Source: Treponemataceae bacterium
GTDB taxonomy: Bacteria > Spirochaetota > Spirochaetia > Treponematales > Rectinemataceae
Length of the DNA stretch: 64,000 nucleotides
Direction of reading: 5' to 3'
Assembly (NCBI GenBank): GCA_963667725.2
Contig: CAXXHO010000003.1
Coordinates: 1,440,001 to 1,504,000, forward strand
Both the position numbers and the translations under genes were made by a program. Below are positions 19,984 to 29,947 of the stretch, piece after piece. The notes beneath the pieces were generated by a model. It ran no database searches. It was not told where the DNA came from and worked only from the letters and a program-made list of their open reading frames with translations. Position 1 is the stretch's first letter, and each line of letters opens with the position of its first letter.

Positions 19984-21162
19984 ATGAAAGATCAGTACCA
20001 CTTCCCGCTCGAGAACTTCATCACGAAGGAACGCTTCGAGCGCATCAAGGCCTTTGCGGGAGACAAGGAAACCCCTTGCCTCATCATCGATCTGGACATC
20101 ATCAAGAAGAATTACGAAGATCTCCGGAGATTTCTTCCCTTCGCGAAAATATTCTACGCGGTCAAAGCCAATCCGGATGACGCCGTGGTCGCACTCCTCC
20201 GCGATCTGGGCTCGAGTTTCGACGTGGCTACCCGCTACGAGCTCGACCAGCTCCTGCGCCTCGGCGTAGAACCCGACAGGATGAGTTTCGGCAACACGAT
20301 CAAGAAAGAGAAAGACATAGCCTATTTCTACGAAAAGGGCGTCCGGCTCTTCGCCACCGACTCGATAACCGACGTGGACAAGATCGCCAGGGCGGCTCCC
20401 GGCTCCAAGGTCTTCTTCAGGCTGCTCACCGAGGGCCTGGGCGCGGACTGGCCCCTCTCCAAGAAGTTCGGCTCCCATCCCGACCTCGCGCGACAGCTTA
20501 TCAAGACGGCCGTGCGCTTCGGCCTCCAGCCCTACGGCATCTCCTTCCATCCCGGCAGCCAGCAGCGCGACGTGGGCCAGTGGTCCACGGCGCTGACCAC
20601 GGTATCCCAGCTTTTCACCTGGGCGCGCGACGATCTGAAGGTCAACCTCAAGATGATCAACATGGGCGGCGGATTCCCGGCTAACTACGTGGAGCCGACG
20701 GATTCCCTCGGCCAGTACGCCGACGACATCAAGCGCTTTCTCGACAACTCCTTCAAGAACGACTGGCCCGAGGAGATCATCATCGAACCCGGCCGCTCCA
20801 TGGCGGGCGATTCGGGCGTCATCGTCTCGGAAATCATCAATATCGCGAAAAAGTCGGTGCACGAGCGCTACCCCTGGGTTTTCCTCGACATCGGCAAGTT
20901 CGGCGGATTGATCGAGACGCTGGACGAGGCCATCAAGTATCCCATCTATTTCGAGGGCGAAGGCACGGCGGTGGACGTCATCCTGGCCGGCCCCACCTGC
21001 GACTCAATGGATATTCTCTATGAGAAGACGCAGTACATGATGCCCGATCAGGCGCGTATCGGCGACAGGGTGTACATTCTCACGACAGGGGCCTACACGC
21101 AGAGTTATTCTTCCGTTTATTTCAACGGCTTTCCGCCCCTCAAGTCATATATTCTGAAGTGA
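19984..21162 (+). CDS. Fold-type III PLP-dependent ornithine/lysine decarboxylase
   Basis: FYAVKANP, FDVAT, SFHPGSQ, MGGGF, IEPGR and GPTCDSMD motifs. Confidence 0.92.
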   Translation: MKDQYHFPLENFITKERFERIKAFAGDKETPCLIIDLDIIKKNYEDLRRFLPFAKIFYAVKANPDDAVVALLRDLGSSFDVATRYELDQLLRLGVEPDRMSFGNTIKKEKDIAYFYEKGVRLFATDSITDVDKIARAAPGSKVFFRLLTEGLGADWPLSKKFGSHPDLARQLIKTAVRFGLQPYGISFHPGSQQRDVGQWSTALTTVSQLFTWARDDLKVNLKMINMGGGFPANYVEPTDSLGQYADDIKRFLDNSFKNDWPEEIIIEPGRSMAGDSGVIVSEIINIAKKSVHERYPWVFLDIGKFGGLIETLDEAIKYPIYFEGEGTAVDVILAGPTCDSMDILYEKTQYMMPDQARIGDRVYILTTGAYTQSYSSVYFNGFPPLKSYILK

Positions 21163-21195
21163 GAGGCAGCCCGCGCCGAAAGCCATGAGAACGAA

Positions 21196-22335
21196 ATGAA
21201 GAAACTATCCAGAGAGGCTAAAAGCGGCGCGGACCGGAGGACATGGGCGCGATGGCGGTCGCTGGCGACCGCCGCCCTGAGCCTCCTGACCATCGCCGCG
21301 GTCGTTTTCCTGGTCGTTAGCGCCTTTTCAGGCAGTCCCAATAACGTTCTCCTGCAGGCACAGGAAAATCCCACGCTTGAAATCCAGGCCCCATTAAAAC
21401 CGGCTCCCCTAAAGCAGGATACTCTGAAGGCCGCGCCGGCCGCGCCAGCCGTGAAAGAAGCCCCTGCTCCCGGCACCGTCGGCACCGTCGGCGCCCTCGG
21501 CGCGGCCGACCCAAGCCTGCGCGTCGCTACCTGGAACGTCCGCGACTGCGCCGCCATGGACGCCGCCTCCAACTCCCGCGTCGCCCTCCATGACTTTGTG
21601 GCGCGGTCTATAAAAGCCGCGCGCGCCGACATCATCGTCCTCGAGGAAATACAATCGGATGAAAGCAAGGGCGGCGACATAGCCCTCCTCTCCGTGGCCC
21701 TCGCCCGCGAAGGCTGGGCCATGCCCTTCGTGGCCGTCGTCAACGCGAGGGGCGAGGACGACCTCGCCATTTTTTCCCGCTACAGGATAGCCGATTACGG
21801 ACCTGTCCTCGAACCCGCGAAGACCGATCCATGGCCGCGCCCGGGCATCCGCGCGTCTATTCAGGCAGGCTCAGGTTCCCTGGACCTTTACGGATTCCAT
21901 TTCAAGGCCATGGGCGACGAAAAATCAGAAAGAGCGAGACGAGCCCAGGCCGAAGCCCTGGGCCTTCACCTTCTGGCCGCCTACGGCGAGGGGCTGACTT
22001 CCCGGGCTATCGTGCTCGCCGGTGATTTCAACACGGCCAATGATTCCGATTTCCTTACCAAGGCTTCGACGATGAGCGCGCTCAGACTGGCAGACGACGC
22101 GGACAAGTCCAACGATTTCCTCGACACGAACTACAGCTACCGCCAGGGCGAACCGACCTTCGTCGATTCCAGGTATTCGAGCATACTGGACCATGTCCTG
22201 ATTTCGCCGACCCTCGCCGCGGGCTTCGACAAGAAAAAGGTGGAAGTGCTGACGCCATCGCCGGGGCCGGGCAGGATCCCGACCTCAGACCACAACATGG
22301 TCCTCGTCGAAATCTCCCTGCCCCGGGACAACTGA
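21196..22335 (+). CDS. Membrane-anchored endonuclease/exonuclease/phosphatase (EEP) family protein
   Basis: ATWNV, LEEI, HFKA, AGDFN, LDH and SDH motifs; N-terminal TM. Confidence 0.88.
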   Translation: MKKLSREAKSGADRRTWARWRSLATAALSLLTIAAVVFLVVSAFSGSPNNVLLQAQENPTLEIQAPLKPAPLKQDTLKAAPAAPAVKEAPAPGTVGTVGALGAADPSLRVATWNVRDCAAMDAASNSRVALHDFVARSIKAARADIIVLEEIQSDESKGGDIALLSVALAREGWAMPFVAVVNARGEDDLAIFSRYRIADYGPVLEPAKTDPWPRPGIRASIQAGSGSLDLYGFHFKAMGDEKSERARRAQAEALGLHLLAAYGEGLTSRAIVLAGDFNTANDSDFLTKASTMSALRLADDADKSNDFLDTNYSYRQGEPTFVDSRYSSILDHVLISPTLAAGFDKKKVEVLTPSPGPGRIPTSDHNMVLVEISLPRDN

Positions 22336-22344
22336 GAAAAATCC

Positions 22345-23640
22345 TTATTTGACTAAAGCGACCGCCGTGGCGTAGATGGCGTCCAGAAGCGGGCCCACCT
22401 GTTCCTCCTCCACGCTCGAGAAGGCTACGCGCAGGTATTTGTCCTGCATAGAAATGGTGCCGATGCCCAATTTTTCGAGAAGGTCCACCCTCAGCTTTTC
22501 AGCGGAAATGCCCTTGCAGAGGAAACTCATGAAATAGCCTGAGTTGAAGGGAAGCGGCGCGATGCAGGCAGGCGCCGCGTGCGACGCGAAGTATTTCTTC
22601 ATCGCTTTATAGCGGCCTTCGAGAATTTCCCTGTAGCGAGCCTTCTGGTCCTCGTAGCCGGGGAACTGGAGCGCCTTGAGCAGCAGGTTCTGGGCAAGTC
22701 CGCTCGAGCTCGACACCGAAGATCTGATGATGCCCAAAAGCTTCTTCACGAGGGCATCCTGCTGGGCTTCGGTAAGTCCCTTGCCGCCGAAGCTGACGAA
22801 GCCGACCCTGAATCCCCAGACATAGTCTTCCTTGGTGGGACCGTCGGCCTTTACCGCGAGGATGTTCTCGTGGGCATCGACGAGGCGCGCGAAGATGGAT
22901 TCGCGCAGGAGGTTTTCCTCGTACTGGAGACCGAAATACGCGTCGTCGGCGATGACGAGAAGGTCTGTCCCTTCCTTGGCGATGGAAACAAGCAGCCTGA
23001 CGATGGCGTCGGCTTCCTTCAGCGTCAGGGAATAGCCCGTAGGATTGTTGGGGAAATTGAGTACGCAGACGGCCTTTCCCCTGCGCGCGCCCGCGTCCCG
23101 CAAGCCCGCTTCCAGGCCTGCGATATTGTATCCGCCCTCGGCGAAAATCGGGAAGGTGAGCCCGGCGGCCATCTTCCTCTCCTCGATGATGAGCCTGTAG
23201 TTCGGCCAGTGGAGGTCGGGCACGACGACCGTGTCGCCCGGTTCGATGAACATATCGCTCAGGTAGGAGACCGCTGCGGTGAGTCCGGGAACGACGACGG
23301 GCAAGGAAAAGGATTTGCCTTCGAGGGAGGGATTTTTCTTGACCATGGCCGCTTTCCATTCATGGCGCAGGGCCATCACCCCGCCCGTGGACGCGTAGGC
23401 GACGGCCTCGTTGGGCGTGAGCGTGGGAAGCGCCTCGCGGAGGGCGTCGAGCATCATGGGTTCGCCCAGTTCATAGGCCATGCCGATGGTGGCGTTATAG
23501 CGATGGGCTTTGGAGGTGGCTTCCGCGCTTTGCGTGAGGATTCCCTTGGGGAAATACATGCGGCGCCCCATTTCCGATAAAAGGCGGCTCGCCGCGGTAT
23601 TGGCAAGGACGGCGTTGAGCTCTTCGGCCAGTTGATTCAT
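22345..23640 (-). CDS. Class I/II PLP-dependent aminotransferase
   Basis: NFPNNPTG, DDAY and DGPTKEDYVWGFRVG. Confidence 0.9.
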   Translation of the reverse strand: MNQLAEELNAVLANTAASRLLSEMGRRMYFPKGILTQSAEATSKAHRYNATIGMAYELGEPMMLDALREALPTLTPNEAVAYASTGGVMALRHEWKAAMVKKNPSLEGKSFSLPVVVPGLTAAVSYLSDMFIEPGDTVVVPDLHWPNYRLIIEERKMAAGLTFPIFAEGGYNIAGLEAGLRDAGARRGKAVCVLNFPNNPTGYSLTLKEADAIVRLLVSIAKEGTDLLVIADDAYFGLQYEENLLRESIFARLVDAHENILAVKADGPTKEDYVWGFRVGFVSFGGKGLTEAQQDALVKKLLGIIRSSVSSSSGLAQNLLLKALQFPGYEDQKARYREILEGRYKAMKKYFASHAAPACIAPLPFNSGYFMSFLCKGISAEKLRVDLLEKLGIGTISMQDKYLRVAFSSVEEEQVGPLLDAIYATAVALVK

Positions 23641-23939
23641 CGTACGCTCCTGAGTCCGCGGAATCGGCTCCGATCCACGGAGATGATGGTAAAAGATTAT
23701 GGGGCTTTCGGCCGTCTGTCAAGGAAGCCGGCCGATTTTTACCGCGTTCCGGACCGCGCGCCGGCCCCCAAAGACCTTTGACGGCCGAGCCTCAAAAAGT
23801 CATTTTCATTTAGTAATCGCTATATATAGTACTTGTCATTATAGACGGATACTTGCTATTATAATCGTGGATTTTATATCGATTGCATTAGAGCTGCCCT
23901 ATATAGTGGCAAGCATATTATTGTTGTTGGAGGGTCATT

Positions 23940-24752
23940 ATGAAGAAATCGATACTGCTGATTCTCGCGCTCGCTCTCGTCGCGGGAACGGCTTTCGCCC
24001 AGGTCAATCTTTCCAAGGTAAAAGACGGCGTCTATTTCGCCCAGAGCAAGGAATTTTCCAGTTCCGGCTGGAAGGAACAAGTCATTCTCGAAGTAGCCAA
24101 CGGAAAAATAGTGGCCGCGACGTGGAATGGCGTTTCCAACATCGCGGGCGCCGCGGACAAGGCAGCCTATGCCGCGGCCGGCAAGTACGGCATGGTCAAG
24201 GCTTCCAAGATCAAGGCTGAATGGAACGTTCAGGCCAAAACCGTAGCCGATTATCTCGTGAAGACCCAGGACCTCAACCTCAAGGCCAATACGAGCGGCA
24301 AGACCGATGCCATCTCCGGCGCCACCATGACCGTTGCCGAATTCTTCGCTCTCGCCCAGCAGGCTCTCGCCTCCAGTCCCGTCGCCAAAGGTTCCTACAA
24401 GGACGGATGGTATTACGCCGAAGAAGCCGCCTTTAAGTCCGGCTGGAAGATCAGCGCCCTCGTCACCGTCGCGAACGGTTCCATCGTCGATGTCGTCCTC
24501 AACGGCGTCCCCCAGACCGCCGGCGCCAAATCCAAACTCGTGCAGAGCGTGGCCGGCACCTACAAGATGAACGCCAAGAACGGCGAGTACCATGTGCAGG
24601 CCACCCGCGTCGAGGAAGCCATCATCAAGGCAGGCGATCCTTCCAAGATCGCGATCAACGCCAAAGGCAAGGCCGACGCCATCTCCGGCGTTTCGATTTC
24701 CGTCAAGACCGAGATCGCCCTCGTTCTCGAGGCGCTCAAAGCGGCGAAGTAA
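23940..24752 (+). CDS. Secreted protein with two FMN-binding (flavinylation-type) domains
   Basis: Signal peptide ending AFA-Q; two repeats starting KDG.Y and ending DAISGAT / DAISGVS. Confidence 0.85.
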   Translation: MKKSILLILALALVAGTAFAQVNLSKVKDGVYFAQSKEFSSSGWKEQVILEVANGKIVAATWNGVSNIAGAADKAAYAAAGKYGMVKASKIKAEWNVQAKTVADYLVKTQDLNLKANTSGKTDAISGATMTVAEFFALAQQALASSPVAKGSYKDGWYYAEEAAFKSGWKISALVTVANGSIVDVVLNGVPQTAGAKSKLVQSVAGTYKMNAKNGEYHVQATRVEEAIIKAGDPSKIAINAKGKADAISGVSISVKTEIALVLEALKAAK

Positions 24753-24770
24753 TTAACCTATACTGTTTCA

Positions 24771-24801
24771 GAAAAGCGGTCGGGAACGGCCGCTTTTTTT
24801 T
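24771..24801 (+). terminator. Intrinsic terminator
   Basis: AAAAGCGGTCG...CGGCCGCTTTTTTTT. Confidence 0.8.
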
Positions 24802-24881
24802 ATCCTTTTCGGTTGACGAAGCGGCTCGCGAAAGGCGATCATCTTTCCATATGTCAGTTCTTACTTCGAGGAACAAATAAC

Positions 24882-25409
24882 ATGACTGATAAAGATGATC
24901 CGGATACTCCCGGCATGGCCGATGGTCCGGCGTATGTGGCGCCGAGCGCTTCCATAACCGGCGAAGTCACCCTCGGCAGGGATTCCTCGGTGTGGCACAA
25001 TGCCGTTCTCCGCGGCGACCTGGCCCCCATCAGGGTGGGCGAGCGTTCCAACATACAGGACGGCGCCGTGCTTCATGTCGCCACCGGCCTCCCCTGCCTT
25101 ATAGGCGACGACGTGACGATCGGCCATGGCGCCATCGTGCACGGCTGCAAGGTGGGAGACCGATGCCTCATCGGGATGGGTTCTATCATTCTCAACGGAG
25201 CCGAGATCGGCGATGAATGCATCGTCGCGGCGGGAGCCCTCGTCACAGAAGGCAAGAAGATTCCGCCGCGCAGCCTCGTCCTGGGCAGCCCGGCCAAGAT
25301 CGTCAGGGCGACGAGCGAGGAGGATATGGTGAAGATCCTCCATACGGCCGAAGCTTACCGCAGGCTGGCGAGTAAGGCGAGCACGGATTCCACGACTGAT
25401 CCCTGCTGA
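24882..25409 (+). CDS. Gamma-carbonic anhydrase family (YrdA-like) hexapeptide-repeat protein
   Basis: LRGD, NIQDGAVLH and TIGHGAIVHG. Confidence 0.9.
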   Translation: MTDKDDPDTPGMADGPAYVAPSASITGEVTLGRDSSVWHNAVLRGDLAPIRVGERSNIQDGAVLHVATGLPCLIGDDVTIGHGAIVHGCKVGDRCLIGMGSIILNGAEIGDECIVAAGALVTEGKKIPPRSLVLGSPAKIVRATSEEDMVKILHTAEAYRRLASKASTDSTTDPC

Positions 25410-26239
25410 CGGCTGGGCGGTATCTCGGCCGCTCCATCGCCCTTCTGGGTTCCGTAATCGCCGAACTGGGCGTGGTTGCCGCCGGCTATTCTGACGTAGC
25501 TGGCAGAATCGGGAAGCAGGGTCTTGGCTTTGCCGATTTTTTCCTGCGTAGCGAGCATATCGTTGGAGGCCGAGACGCTGAGGACCCTGATCCTGGTCTC
25601 GGCTAGAGAGCCTGACGCGGCGGGATAGGAGGCGAGGAAGACAATCCCGTCGACGAGGTCCTGGTGTTGCTTCGCGAAGCCGGACGCTGCCACGCCGCCG
25701 AGGGAATGCCCGGCCAGCACCCATTTTCGGACGCCGGGAAGCGCGACTATGGAGCGGGAGGCCGCCTGCGCGTCGAAAATCGCGAACCCCAGCCTGACAT
25801 CGAGGAGGACGGCCGGATAGCCCGCTTCGGCTACAGCCCGACCCAGGTAGGAATAGGCTTCCTTGGGCACTTTGGCTCCCGGGTACAAAATGAAGCCCAG
25901 CGCGGCATTTTCAGAACCCTCGGGCAGGAAATAGAGATCCCCGCCTTCCTCATATATGTCGATGGACGATGTGGGAGTCCGCAGGGCCGGATCGGAACGA
26001 TCCGGAAGCGGCGAGAATATCTGTATGAGGGCGGCGGCAAGAATCGCCAAGACCGCCAGCGCGAAAAAGGCTTTCAGTCGATAACCGCAGCCTTTCTTCA
26101 CGGCGGATTTTGAGTCTTGGGACGATTTTGCTCTGTCTGACGGCGCGGTATCGCTGGTTGGCGTGGCTTTACTGGATGGGGCGGTGTCGCTGGAGGGCTC
26201 CGGCTTTTCGTTCATCGCTGTCTGTTTCCTGCGGTTCAT
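25355..26239 (-). CDS. Alpha/beta hydrolase, membrane anchored
   Basis: YPGAKV, GHSLGG nucleophile and GGNHAQFGDYG; 3' end overlaps the convergent gene; start may be the second Met (MNEKPEP). Confidence 0.85.
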   Translation of the reverse strand: MNRRKQTAMNEKPEPSSDTAPSSKATPTSDTAPSDRAKSSQDSKSAVKKGCGYRLKAFFALAVLAILAAALIQIFSPLPDRSDPALRTPTSSIDIYEEGGDLYFLPEGSENAALGFILYPGAKVPKEAYSYLGRAVAEAGYPAVLLDVRLGFAIFDAQAASRSIVALPGVRKWVLAGHSLGGVAASGFAKQHQDLVDGIVFLASYPAASGSLAETRIRVLSVSASNDMLATQEKIGKAKTLLPDSASYVRIAGGNHAQFGDYGTQKGDGAAEIPPSRQQGSVVESVLALLASLR

Positions 26240-26318
26240 AAAAAAAGTATATATGATCCATGTACAAATGGACAGTTGTTTTGCATACTGGGATCGAATT
26301 CACAACCAAGGTGAGAGG

Positions 26319-27752
26319 ATGAAGGACAAAGAGGATTTATCGGCATTGGATCGCATTCCGGTGGCTCTGGACGGCGCTCAGGCGGCGCGGAAAGACGGCC
26401 TGGCCGCGGCGGCGGGGACCGGTACCGCCGCTCGGGATGACCTGCCCCTGCCGTCGAGAATTCCGCTGCTCGCTTCCATCGACGCGCTCTATCCGCCGGA
26501 TTCGCTGGATGCCCAAAGGCTTCGATACGGGAAACTGAAGAATAATTTTTTCAGGCATTTCCCGGATAGGCAGGCCTTGTCGGAACCGCTTTTCTTCTCG
26601 GCGCCGGGCAGGACAGAGCTATGCGGGAACCATACCGACCACAACAACGGAAGGGTGCTGGCCGCAGCCATCAGCCTCGACACGATCGGGGCCACCGCGC
26701 CGCGCTCGGACACCCTCGTCCGCATCGTCTCGGAAGGCTTTGGCGCCTTCGAGCTAGACTTGGCCGACCTTTCGGTCCTGCCGGAGGAAGGGGGGGGCTC
26801 GGCGGCCATCGTGAGGGGAATGGCGGCCGGGTTGGCGGAGCTCGCGGTGCGGCGCGGCTCAATGCCTCAAATCCAAGGCTTCGACGCTTACATTGAATCA
26901 AAAATCCTTCCCGGTTCGGGACTCTCCAGTTCAGCTGCTTTCGAAGTGCTCATCGGCGGAATCTTCGGCGTTTTTTCCGGCAACGAGATATCGCCCATGG
27001 AAATAGCCCGAATCGGCCAATTCGCGGAGAACGAGTATTTCGGCAAACCCTGCGGTCTCATGGACCAGATGGCCTGTGCCCTGGGCGGCACGACAGCCAT
27101 CGATTTCGGCGAGGCGGACAGGATAAAAGTGGAACTCCTGCGCTTCGATCCAGGCGAATATGGTCTTTCCCTCGTCATTGTGGCCACCGGCGGCAGCCAT
27201 GCCGATCTCACCGAGGATTACGCGGCGATTCCCTGCGAAATGAAAGCTGTCGCGGCGTTACTCGGCCGCTCAACGTTAGCCGGCACATCCACTGACGGTC
27301 TGCTCGCCCAAGCGGGAGAAATACGGAAATCCTGCGGCGACAGGGCCTTTCTGCGCGCCTGGCATTTCGTCAAGGAAACGGAACGTCCCGCGGCCCTGCG
27401 GAACGCGATCCGGAAAGCGGACATCGCCGCCTATCTGGCCACGATATGCGATTCTGGTAATTCCAGCGCGAAATATCTCCAGAATTTGTATTCACCGAAA
27501 AACCCATCGGAACAGGGGCTTCTCATAGCTCTCGCCGCCACAGAGGACTTCCTCGCCGGAAGCGGCGCGTGCAGGGTCCATGGCGGAGGTTTCGCTGGCA
27601 CGATTCAGTCCTACGTACCGACCTCTGAGCTGCAGGCTTACAAAACCCTCATGGAATCCCTATTCGGTCCGTACTGCGTTTTTCCCTTGCGAATCCGTCC
27701 CTTCGGTGTAGTATGTATCGAAAACCCACAAGGAGCGTTCGATGAAAGATGA
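26319..27752 (+). CDS. galK: Galactokinase (GHMP kinase)
   Basis: APGRTELCGNHTDH, PGSGLSSSAA, CGLMDQ and RVHGGGFAG. Confidence 0.88.
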   Translation: MKDKEDLSALDRIPVALDGAQAARKDGLAAAAGTGTAARDDLPLPSRIPLLASIDALYPPDSLDAQRLRYGKLKNNFFRHFPDRQALSEPLFFSAPGRTELCGNHTDHNNGRVLAAAISLDTIGATAPRSDTLVRIVSEGFGAFELDLADLSVLPEEGGGSAAIVRGMAAGLAELAVRRGSMPQIQGFDAYIESKILPGSGLSSSAAFEVLIGGIFGVFSGNEISPMEIARIGQFAENEYFGKPCGLMDQMACALGGTTAIDFGEADRIKVELLRFDPGEYGLSLVIVATGGSHADLTEDYAAIPCEMKAVAALLGRSTLAGTSTDGLLAQAGEIRKSCGDRAFLRAWHFVKETERPAALRNAIRKADIAAYLATICDSGNSSAKYLQNLYSPKNPSEQGLLIALAATEDFLAGSGACRVHGGGFAGTIQSYVPTSELQAYKTLMESLFGPYCVFPLRIRPFGVVCIENPQGAFDER

Positions 27753-29031
27753 CAAGAAAGGCTTCAAGCCTTACCTGAAACTGACTTTCCTGATTGGTTT
27801 CGGATTCTTCACCATGGGTCTCATGGATCCGCTCTACGACACCTATGTGCCGATCTTTCTGGGGAAATATGTCTCATCGATGACGCTCGTCGGCCTCATC
27901 ATGACGCTCGACAACATCTTCGCCCTTTTCCTCATTCCCCTGTCCAGCGTGCTTTCGGACAGGACAGACACGAAGATCGGCCGAAGGATGCCCTACATCG
28001 TCACGCTCCTTCCCCTGACCGCGATTTTCTTCGGCGCCATGCCCTACGCTGCCGCCGCGTCGCTCGGCGCCCTGATAGCGCTCATCTTCTGCCTTAATCT
28101 CGCGAAACAAGGGGCTCGAGGCCCGGTTGTCGCGCTCATGCCCGACATAATACCCGCCGAATTCAGATCCGAGGCCAACGGCGTCATCAACACGATGGGC
28201 GGCATCGCCACGATAGTGGGCACCATCGGTCTCGCCCGCCTCATGGATATCGACATCGTGCTTCCGATCATCGGCAGTACGAAAGACCGCCTTCCCTTCC
28301 CTCTCGCGGGCATCCTCGTGATATTGGCGGTGATCCTTCTTTTCCTCTTCGTCAAGGAAAAAAAGCACCCCTCCGGCGCTTCTTCCGAAAAGAAGGAGCC
28401 CCTCCTCGCGAGCTTCAAGGCGGTGGCCGGGCAATCGGACAAGAGCGCCCTCTACATTCTCATTTCACTTTTCCTGTGGTTCCTGGGCTATCAGGGCGTC
28501 CTTCCCTTCATCGGCAAGTACTCCATCGACATTCTTAAAACCTCCTCGGGGACGGCGGCCCTCGCCGCGGGCATGGTGGGCGTGGCCTACGCGATTTTCG
28601 CCATACCCTCGGGGTATATCGCCCATAAGAACGGACGCAAAAAGACGATACGCACGAGCCTTATCGTGATCGCCTGTCTCACCACGCTTTTGTTCTTCCA
28701 CGATCCTCTCACCGCCAGCCTCCCAGCCTCGCTACGTCTCTACAGCTTCTGGCTCATAATGTTCGTGTTCGGCATGTTCTGGGTGTCGGTGGTAACCAAC
28801 TCTTTCCCGATGCTCTGGCAGATGGCGAGCTGGGGAACCATGGGAATCTACACAGGACTCTACTACACGGCGAGCCAGGGGGCAGCCATTCTCGCGCCCA
28901 TCCTCACGGGCGCCATCATCGACATTGTCGGCTACAGGGGCATCTTCCTCTTCTGTTCGATCTGCATGGTCGCTGCCTTCCTCGTGATGGGCAAAGTTCG
29001 TTCCGGCGAAGCCGAATCGAAAACAGCGTGA
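27742..29031 (+). CDS. MFS sugar transporter (maltose/sucrose-type)
   Basis: About 12 TM; SDRTDTKIGRRMPY motif; overlaps galK end. Confidence 0.87.
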   Translation: MKDDKKGFKPYLKLTFLIGFGFFTMGLMDPLYDTYVPIFLGKYVSSMTLVGLIMTLDNIFALFLIPLSSVLSDRTDTKIGRRMPYIVTLLPLTAIFFGAMPYAAAASLGALIALIFCLNLAKQGARGPVVALMPDIIPAEFRSEANGVINTMGGIATIVGTIGLARLMDIDIVLPIIGSTKDRLPFPLAGILVILAVILLFLFVKEKKHPSGASSEKKEPLLASFKAVAGQSDKSALYILISLFLWFLGYQGVLPFIGKYSIDILKTSSGTAALAAGMVGVAYAIFAIPSGYIAHKNGRKKTIRTSLIVIACLTTLLFFHDPLTASLPASLRLYSFWLIMFVFGMFWVSVVTNSFPMLWQMASWGTMGIYTGLYYTASQGAAILAPILTGAIIDIVGYRGIFLFCSICMVAAFLVMGKVRSGEAESKTA

Positions 29032-29037
29032 GGGATG

Positions 29038-29066
29038 TTGATAATTCTACGATTACTGCCGATAAT
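29038..29066 (+). promoter_or_regulatory. Sigma70-type promoter for the small basic protein
   Basis: TTGATA-N17-GATAAT. Confidence 0.55.
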
Positions 29067-29161
29067 AAGGGAAGCGCTTTTATGCGCTCGCAAGCGGGCT
29101 CGCAACCCGCCCAGCCCCTGTCGGGACTCAGGAAATTCTACTCTTAATAGGAGGATCGGAT

Positions 29162-29272
29162 ATGAAATCACAGGATAGACCGAAGTCGGCGGAGAAAAAG
29201 AAGCCGCAGAAGACGCTCAAGGAAAAGAGGGCCGAAAAAAAGGCCAAGAAGGATACCAAGACCGAAGACTGA
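29162..29272 (+). CDS. 36-aa Lys-rich small protein (absent from ORF track)
   Basis: AGGAGG RBS; MKSQDRPKSAEKKKPQKTLKEKRAEKKAKKDTKTED*; followed by a terminator. Confidence 0.8.
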   Translation: MKSQDRPKSAEKKKPQKTLKEKRAEKKAKKDTKTED

Positions 29273-29290
29273 AAACGTCTATTGAAAAGC

Positions 29291-29321
29291 GAAGAGACCG
29301 CCTCGTGCGGTCTCTTTTTTT
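29291..29321 (+). terminator. Intrinsic terminator, possibly bidirectional
   Basis: AAGAGACCGC-CTCGT-GCGGTCTCTTTTTTT. Confidence 0.85.
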
Positions 29322-29359
29322 GCCCCGATTCTCGCGTATTTCTCCGTGACGCGGCCGCT

Positions 29360-29947
29360 TCAGCGGGCTACAGGCGCCCCCACGGAGAGCAGATCTTTCC
29401 TCAGCGATGCCGCGTCGGTATAAAGAAAGGCCCGCATGCCGAGCGCTCGCGCCGCTTCGACATTCTTCGGACTGTCGTCCGTGAAAAATGCCCGCTCGGG
29501 CGCGACCCCTTCGCTCTCGAGGATTTCTCGCCAGAAAAGCGGATCGGGCTTGCTCCTGTGCATGATGTGCGAGGCATACACGGCGTGGAAGGGTTCGTAC
29601 ATGCCCAACATCTCGTTTATCGCGTGATGGCAGTCGATCGTGTTCGTTCCGCAGACGGTTCTGGCGCCCAAGGCCAATTCGCGCACGAGAGCGAAAGTCG
29701 GCTCGTCGCGCGTGGGTTTGAAACATTCGGCCCACCAATTTCGCTCAACCTTGATCCCTGTGCGCGCCTCGAAGCGGCGCCAGAATCCGCCCGAATCTAT
29801 TTCCCCATTGGACATGAGGATCATATCGGGGGGAAGCAGCTTGAGCAGAGTTTCCCTCTCCATCCCCATGGCGGCGGCCACGTCGCCGAGCACCATATGG
29901 TTGCGGATGAGCACGCCGCCTTCGTCGAAAATGTAGAGATCGATCAT
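29360..29947 (-). CDS. HAD-superfamily phosphatase
   Basis: FDEGGVL motif I, KPDP and FTDDSPKNV; coupled to the ABC permease stop. Confidence 0.85.
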   Translation of the reverse strand: MIDLYIFDEGGVLIRNHMVLGDVAAAMGMERETLLKLLPPDMILMSNGEIDSGGFWRRFEARTGIKVERNWWAECFKPTRDEPTFALVRELALGARTVCGTNTIDCHHAINEMLGMYEPFHAVYASHIMHRSKPDPLFWREILESEGVAPERAFFTDDSPKNVEAARALGMRAFLYTDAASLRKDLLSVGAPVAR

